64,000 bases of DNA, from NCBI RefSeq assembly GCF_009914755.1, contig NC_060942.1; one strand, 5' to 3'. Each line of letters begins with the position of its first letter. Within the stretch, counting starts at the first letter, position 1. The notes under the pieces were generated by a model. It made no database searches. It was not told where the DNA came from and worked only from the letters and a program-made list of their open reading frames with translations. The DNA is from the human T2T-CHM13v2.0 reference genome, Homo sapiens. Below, in pieces: positions 56,991 through 64,000 of the stretch. The translations under genes and the position numbers were made by a program.

Positions 56991-57849
56991 CAGGTCTAGA
57001 TTGCAAGGAGCCCTCCTTCTAGGTGTGTCCTGCTTCTGACTTTGGGTGACGCCTCATGAGCATTCCAGGCCACCCTTGCCCTGGTCTGATGCTGCCCCCC
57101 GATACCAGGCTGGAGGTTGCTTTTGGGAGCCAAAGAGAAAAGTGAACTTAACTGGACCCCTAACTGCCCCACCTGTGTAGCCAGGACCTCTATCTGTTGG
57201 GAAGGTACATTCCTTGTACATTTTGGCCACCGGCATACTTTTGGCAACTAATGCCTTTTAACAAACACATTTTCAATTATGGTAAGATCATTATCTAACC
57301 ATATTGGTAATATACTTAAGGCCTAAAGTTACCATCCAAATGGAATTCTCTACCTGTACAAAGAATTCAGTGTTTGACTAAAGCATTGCAATACATTCTA
57401 GAGTCAGAAGTTTTTGTTCAACTATTTAATGAGTGACTTTAAACAAGTTAATTAACATGCAGGGGCCTCTGTTCATTTTTTAATGAGAGGTTTCAACTCA
57501 GTGATCTCTAGTTTTCTTTTAGTTTTAACTTTGACAGAGTCTGGTAAATGGTGTGCACACTAATAAAGAATTATCTAACTAGGAAAAGACCAGGTACAAT
57601 ACCAAGAAAGCAAAAATGGGATTTCATTCAGTTTAATGGTCCAAGTCAGAGAATTAATTATATATTTTGCAATTATTATTCAAAGTATCGTATTTTATTG
57701 AATTACTCTGTGTGACACATCTAATTTTAAAAAAGACAAAATTGGCAAAATGAGAATAATAAGCACCCTTTGGACAGATTTTCCCTGGTAGTAATTTTTA
57801 AATCTCCCAAATATGATTAATTATAGTCGAACTTAAAAAGTACAGGTAT

Positions 57850-58058
57850 GCTTGGGCAACATAGTGAGACCTTGTCTCTGTTAAAACAAAACAAAACAAA
57901 GCAGATTAGCTGGGCATGGTGGTGCATTCCTATAGTCCTAGCTACCTGGCAGGCTTGAACCCAGGAGTTCAAGGCTGCAGTGAGCTAGGATTGGGCCTCT
58001 GCACTCCAGCCTGGGCCACAGAGGAAGATGCTGTCTCTTAAAAAACAAAACAAAACAA
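57850..58058 (+). mobile_element. Partial AluJ
   Basis: Alu middle and right arm with (CAAAA)n tails. Confidence 0.8.
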
Positions 58059-58074
58059 GCAGTCTCTTCAATAC

Positions 58075-60145
58075 AATTCAATTGTTTTATTGTATTTCGC
58101 TTTATAGCAATTCAAAGATACTGCATTTTTTACAAATTAAAGGTCTGTGGCAACACTATATCTAGCAAATCAATCAGCACCATTTTCCCAACAGCATGTG
58201 CTCACTTTGTATCTTTGTGTCGTGTTTTGGTAATTCTCATAATTCTTCAAACTTTTTATTATTATTATATCTGTAATGGTGATCTGTGATCAATGACTTG
58301 ATATTACTATTGCAATTGTTTTGAGGTGCCATGAACTGCACCCATATAAGACAGTGAACTTAATCAATAAGCGTTGCATGTGTTCCGACTGCTCCACCAA
58401 CCAGCTGTTCCTCAGTCTCCCTCCCTCTCCTCAGGCCTCCTATTCTCTGAAACACAACAATATTGAAATTAGGCCAACTAATAACCCTACAATGGTCTCT
58501 AAGTGTTCAAGTAAAAGGAAGAGTCGCATGTCTAAATAAAAAACTAGAAATGATGAAGCTTAGTGAGGAAGGCATGTTGATGGTCGAACTAGGTAGAAAG
58601 CTAAGCCTTTTGCACAAGTTTTCTAAGTTGTGAATGCAAAGGAAAAGATTTTGAAGAAAACTAAAAGTGCTACTCCAGTGAACACACAAATAACAAGAAA
58701 GCAAAACAGCCTTATTGCTGATATGGAGAAAGTTTGAGTGGTCCAGATGGAAGATCAAACCAGCCACAACATTCCCTTAAGCCAAAGCCTAATCCAAAGC
58801 AGGGCCTAACTGTCTTCAATTCTATGAAGGCTGAGAGGGGTGAGGTAGCTGTAGAAGAAAAGTTTGAAGCTAGCAGAGGTTGTTGGTTCATGAGGTTTAA
58901 GGAAAGAAACCATCTCCGTAACATGAAAGTGCAAGGTAAAGGAGCAAGTGCTGATGGAGAAGCTGCAGCAAGTTATCCAGAAGATCTAGCTAAGATCTAT
59001 TTCTTCAGTAAAGGTGGTTACACTAAACAGATTTTCAATGCAGATAAAACAGCTTTCTATTAGAAGCAGATACCATCCAGGACTTTCATAGCTAGAGAGA
59101 AGTCACTGCCTGGCTTCAAGTGACAGGCTGACTCTCTTATTAGGGGCTAAGGCAGCTGGTGACTTTAAGTGGAAGCCAGTGCTCATTTATAACTCTGAAA
59201 ATTGTAGGACTCTGAAGAATTATGCTAAATCTACTCTGCCTGTGCTCTGTCAATGAAAAACGAAGCCTGGATAAAAGCACATCTACTTACAGCATGGTTT
59301 ACTGAATATTTTAAGCTACCTGTTGAGACCTACTACTCAGAAAAAAAGATTCCTTTCAAAATATTACTGCTCATTGACAATGCACCTAGTCACCCAGGAG
59401 TGCTGATGGAGATATACAGATGAGAGATTAATGTTGTTTTCATGTCTGCTAACATAACATCCATTCTGTAGCCCATAAATCAGTAGTAATTTTGACTTTT
59501 GCGTCTTATTATTTAAGAAATCCATTTCATAACGTGATAACAGCCATAGATTATGTGATTCCTCTGATGGATCTGGGCAAAGTAAACTGAAAATATTCTG
59601 GAAAAGATTCACCATTTAGATGCCATTAAGAACATTTATGATTCATGAGAGGAGGTAAAAATTATCAACATTAATAGGAGTTTGGAGGAAGGTGATTCTG
59701 ACCCTCATAAACGACTTTCAGGGGCTCAAGACATCAAGACAACAGTGGAGGAAGTAATTGCAGATGTAGTGGAAATAGCAAGAGAACTAGAATTAGAAGT
59801 GGAGCCTGAAGATGTGACTGAATTCCTGCAAGCTCATGAGAAAACGTTAACAGATGTGGAGTTGTTTCTTATAAATGAGCAAATAAAGTGGTTTCTTGAG
59901 ATGAAATCTACTCCTAGGGAAGATGCTGTGATCATTGCTGAAACGATAACAAAGGTTTTAGAATATGACATAAATTTAGTGACAAAGCAGCAGCAGGGTA
60001 TGAGACAACTGACACCAATTTTGAAAGAAGTCCTACTGTGGGTAAAATGCCATCAAACAGCCTTGCATGCTACAGAGAAACCTTTCATAAAAGGAAGAAT
60101 CAATCCATGTGGCAAAATTCATACTTGTCTCAATTTAAGAAATTG
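58075..60145 (+). mobile_element. Tigger1 DNA transposon (near full length, 3'-truncated, decayed pogo-like transposase)
   Basis: ORF fragments [39 protein letters not shown] and [22 protein letters not shown] match the Tigger1/TIGD1-type transposase; many stops and frameshifts. Confidence 0.93.
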
Positions 60146-60356
60146 TGGCCAGGTGTGGTGCTGTGCACCTGTAATCCCAGTACTTTGGGAAGCCAAGGCT
60201 GGCTTGAACCCATGAGCTCCAGGTTACCGTAGGCTATGATGGTGCCAGCCTGGGCAACAGTGTAAGACTCTGTAGAAAGAAAAGAAAGAAAGAGGGAAAG
60301 GAAGGGAAGGGAAGGGAAGGGAAGGGAAAGGGAGGGGAGGGGAGTGGAGGGGAGTG
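60146..60356 (+). repeat. Deleted Alu followed by a (GAAAA/GGGAA/GGGGA)n polypurine microsatellite
   Basis: ggccaggtgtggtg...cctgggcaacag, then gaagggaagggaaggg. Confidence 0.8.
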
Positions 60357-61597
60357 AAAACAGTTTTGACTCACAGACTCCCTGGATAGTTTTTTAGGAA
60401 CCCCCGGGGTCCCTGGACCACACAGTGAGAACTTCTGGAATACAGATCAGCTGAAAATAATTTGTACTCTGTGGAAAATAGAGTTTGAATGCAGGGGTTT
60501 ATCAATAAGTATGGAATAGTGACAATTCTGCAGAGTAATGAAGAGTTGGGCACAGCTTTGAAGGGTGACAATTGCCTAGGGAGCAGTTGACATTAGAAAC
60601 AAGGTAGCTGGTGTGTGTGACACCTGTCATCAGGGGCCCAGAAAGCATTTCTTGGAGGCTGGGCTGTCAAAGAAGCACAGTACAGAGAAGGAGGCGCCAA
60701 CTTGGGAGGGACTTCAGGCCATTTGGAGTTTGCATGAGATAGGAGACAGTTTGCAAAGCAGAGAGAGGTTCTGGAAGGTTCCTGATACCCCACTGGAGAC
60801 ATCATCCAATCCATTGCTTTTCACACTTTCCACAAGGAGCAGAACTCCTTTTTCACAAGAATCGAATGCAAAGCCCTAATATATACAGTATAGAGCAGTG
60901 TGTTGCTTTGGATGAAATATGGAAGAGGTCCATGCGGCTTGGCTTACTTAAGCATGAACTCAGATCCCTAGGCTCCCAGGAAGAGTGGAGGAAACCCACT
61001 GATCTAACTGCAAACAATCAGCAGAGCAGGGATAAATACTCTCTAAGGATCCCTCTCCTAGGCATATGTGTAGGGGGAATGGAGGATATGAAGGGAGATA
61101 CCTGCATGAGGCGACCTCATAATTAAAGGCTCTGTCTAGACCTGTGGCTGTGGGATAAGACCTGGGGGAGGACAGGATGGTAACGTGAATGTGAGTGAGG
61201 GCAACAGAGAGACAAGACTCGGGCCTGTGGCTCAGATTTTCAGTCTTGGACCTTGGGTTGGCCACTGGCCACAGGAGGACATTTAGAAAGAGTGAAGAAT
61301 GAATAACAACATTAACTGAGCATTTATTATATGCAAGCCATTCAGTTAAGCACTTTCCACGAATGGTCTTGTTTCATCCTCATGAAACCTCTATGGGATT
61401 TTATGACTTTCCACATTTTATGGAAACAGAATTCAAGAAATTAAGTAACTGGAGCAAAGGGGCATAGGTCTCAGTGGTGGGCCAGGCTATCTGAAATTCT
61501 CAGTGTAAAGCCAGTTATATAAAGTCTTTCAGACTTTAAATAAACTTGAAAAGGGTTATCAAAGACATCACAACAATGCTTTCAAAGTATCTTGGCT

Positions 61598-62472
<875 letters not shown>

Positions 62473-63041
62473 CAAATTGTGACTTATATTGCCCTATCTA
62501 TTTAGAAAGGTCGCTGATCAAGCGATACCTTAAAACGTATGGTTGTTTTGTTTTAGCAAGGCTTCTCTTAGAAAATATAAACTTAACCAGGCCTTCTTTT
62601 CTGCTTGTGTGGTACAGTTTTACCTGCTGAAAAATGAATAGCTATTTGCACAGCAATGTTAAAAGGTTACATGATGCAACTGCAAATATTCACTTATTTA
62701 GGCTATTGTTTACGTTCCATTATGGATGAAAACTGCCTATATGCATTTTTGGTATTTCTAACTCCAGAAATCTGGATGTATTATACACATGAAGTATCAC
62801 ATTTTATCTTGTGTTCAAGAGATTCTGGCTAGGTCCTACATGGTATCTCTTACAGGGACTAATTTTAAATAAAAACTAATAATTTTTTTCTAAAGGTTTC
62901 CATGCCTAATAGTCCTGATGGTGAACCCCAAATCATTGCTGCTTGTTTGACACACCAGGAATGCTTATTACTTATTATATACACTAAGGAGAATATGAAG
63001 ATCAGTGGTTCAGATTAGATAATGTATATGAAAATCACTGA

Positions 63042-63329
63042 ATTTTTTTTTCAATTGAGTCAGGGTCTTGCTCTGTTGCTCAGGCTGGAGTGCAGTGGTG
63101 CAATTATAGCTTGAACTCCTGGCCTCAAGCCATCCTCCTGCCTCAGCCTCCCATGCAGCTGAAACTACAAGTACATACCACTACACCAGCTAATTATTAT
63201 TATTTTTTCCATAGAGACAGGGTCTCACCTTGTTGTCCAGGCTGGTCTCAAACTCCTGGCTCCAAGCAGTCCTCCTGCCTTGGCCTACCAAAGCGTTGGG
63301 ATTACAGGCATGTGCCACCATGCAGGGCC
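63042..63329 (-). mobile_element. AluJ-like SINE
   Basis: Diverged antisense Alu. Confidence 0.87.
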
Positions 63330-63466
63330 TGAAAATACTTTAAATAACTAAATTATTTTCAATCTCCTTTACTCATCTTTTAAGGATAATTTCATCCTTT
63401 CAGGAAGGGTTACTGAGATACAAGATAAAGCATGTTGCTCAAGGTCTCCCGACTACTACTACTACT

Positions 63467-63535
63467 AATAATTTAAAAAGGCCCTGAGCTGGGATTGAAC
63501 CGCAAGTCCATCTTACTACAGAGCCACATCCCAAA
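63467..63535 (-). ncRNA. MIR8057: MIR8057 locus (mature GUGGCUCUGUAGUAAGAUGGA at 63507-63527); tRNA-like small RNA
   Basis: The reverse complement of 63507-63527 matches the recalled hsa-miR-8057 sequence, and MIR8057 is recalled as lying within the KCTD1 locus. Precursor limits are approximate. Confidence 0.7.
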
Positions 63536-64000
63536 TTCTTTTCAAGGTGCAGGGATTTCCCCAAGGCCTTCACCATGGCCACCTTCCTGCAGAAATTGCA
63601 ATACGTACTAAACTGCTCAAAAGGTGTGCAAAAGGAGAGGGTGGAAGCAACAGACCTCCATACTGTACATACACAGAGTAAGCTGTACAAATTTTCTAGT
63701 TACCCTTAAGTCCTGCCTAAGGCAATCAAATAAACAATCTTGGGACACTAAATTATCTAATTCGAACCACCGAACTTTATATTCCTCTTGGTGTATATAA
63801 TAAATAAATTAGCACTCCTGGTGTGTCAAACAAACCAGCCATGATTTGGAGTTTACCATCAGGACTGTTAGACATGGAAGCATTTTTAAAAAATCAGTTT
63901 TTGTGTAAAATTAGTCCCTGTAAGAGATACAATGTGGGACCTAGCCAGAATCTATTGAACACATGATACAATACTATTTTTAACATTAGAGCATAAATCA

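Overview
Primate (almost certainly human) genomic DNA, recognisable as part of the KCTD1 locus (18q11.2), with the gene on the minus strand. The only convincing coding sequence is a 1.8-kb single exon (ATG at 20535, GT donor after 18727) inside a ~4.4-kb CpG island. It encodes the 603-aa N-terminal extension of the long KCTD1 isoform: an acidic low-complexity region, a Crypton-transposon-derived tyrosine-recombinase-fold domain (DUF3504) with degenerate catalytic residues, and a His/Pro-rich linker. The BTB-domain exons lie outside the window to the left. Extra strong minus-strand splice donors upstream suggest alternative non-coding first exons that skip this domain. The rest is intronic or upstream DNA rich in Alu, L1, L2, MIR, MLT1, Tigger1/2/4, MER2, MER5, MER33 and MER58 relics. 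Other notable items: the MIR8057 locus near 63.5 kb, which looks like a truncated tRNA-Ala-like Pol III unit; an ancient ~43-bp tandem array interrupted by an Alu and a mini-Tigger; a compound minisatellite hidden in a GA-rich tract; a three-level TE nest; and a small motif-dense CpG patch at 47.3 kb. Gene, miRNA and repeat names come from recognition and memory, not from a database search, and repeat boundaries are approximate.
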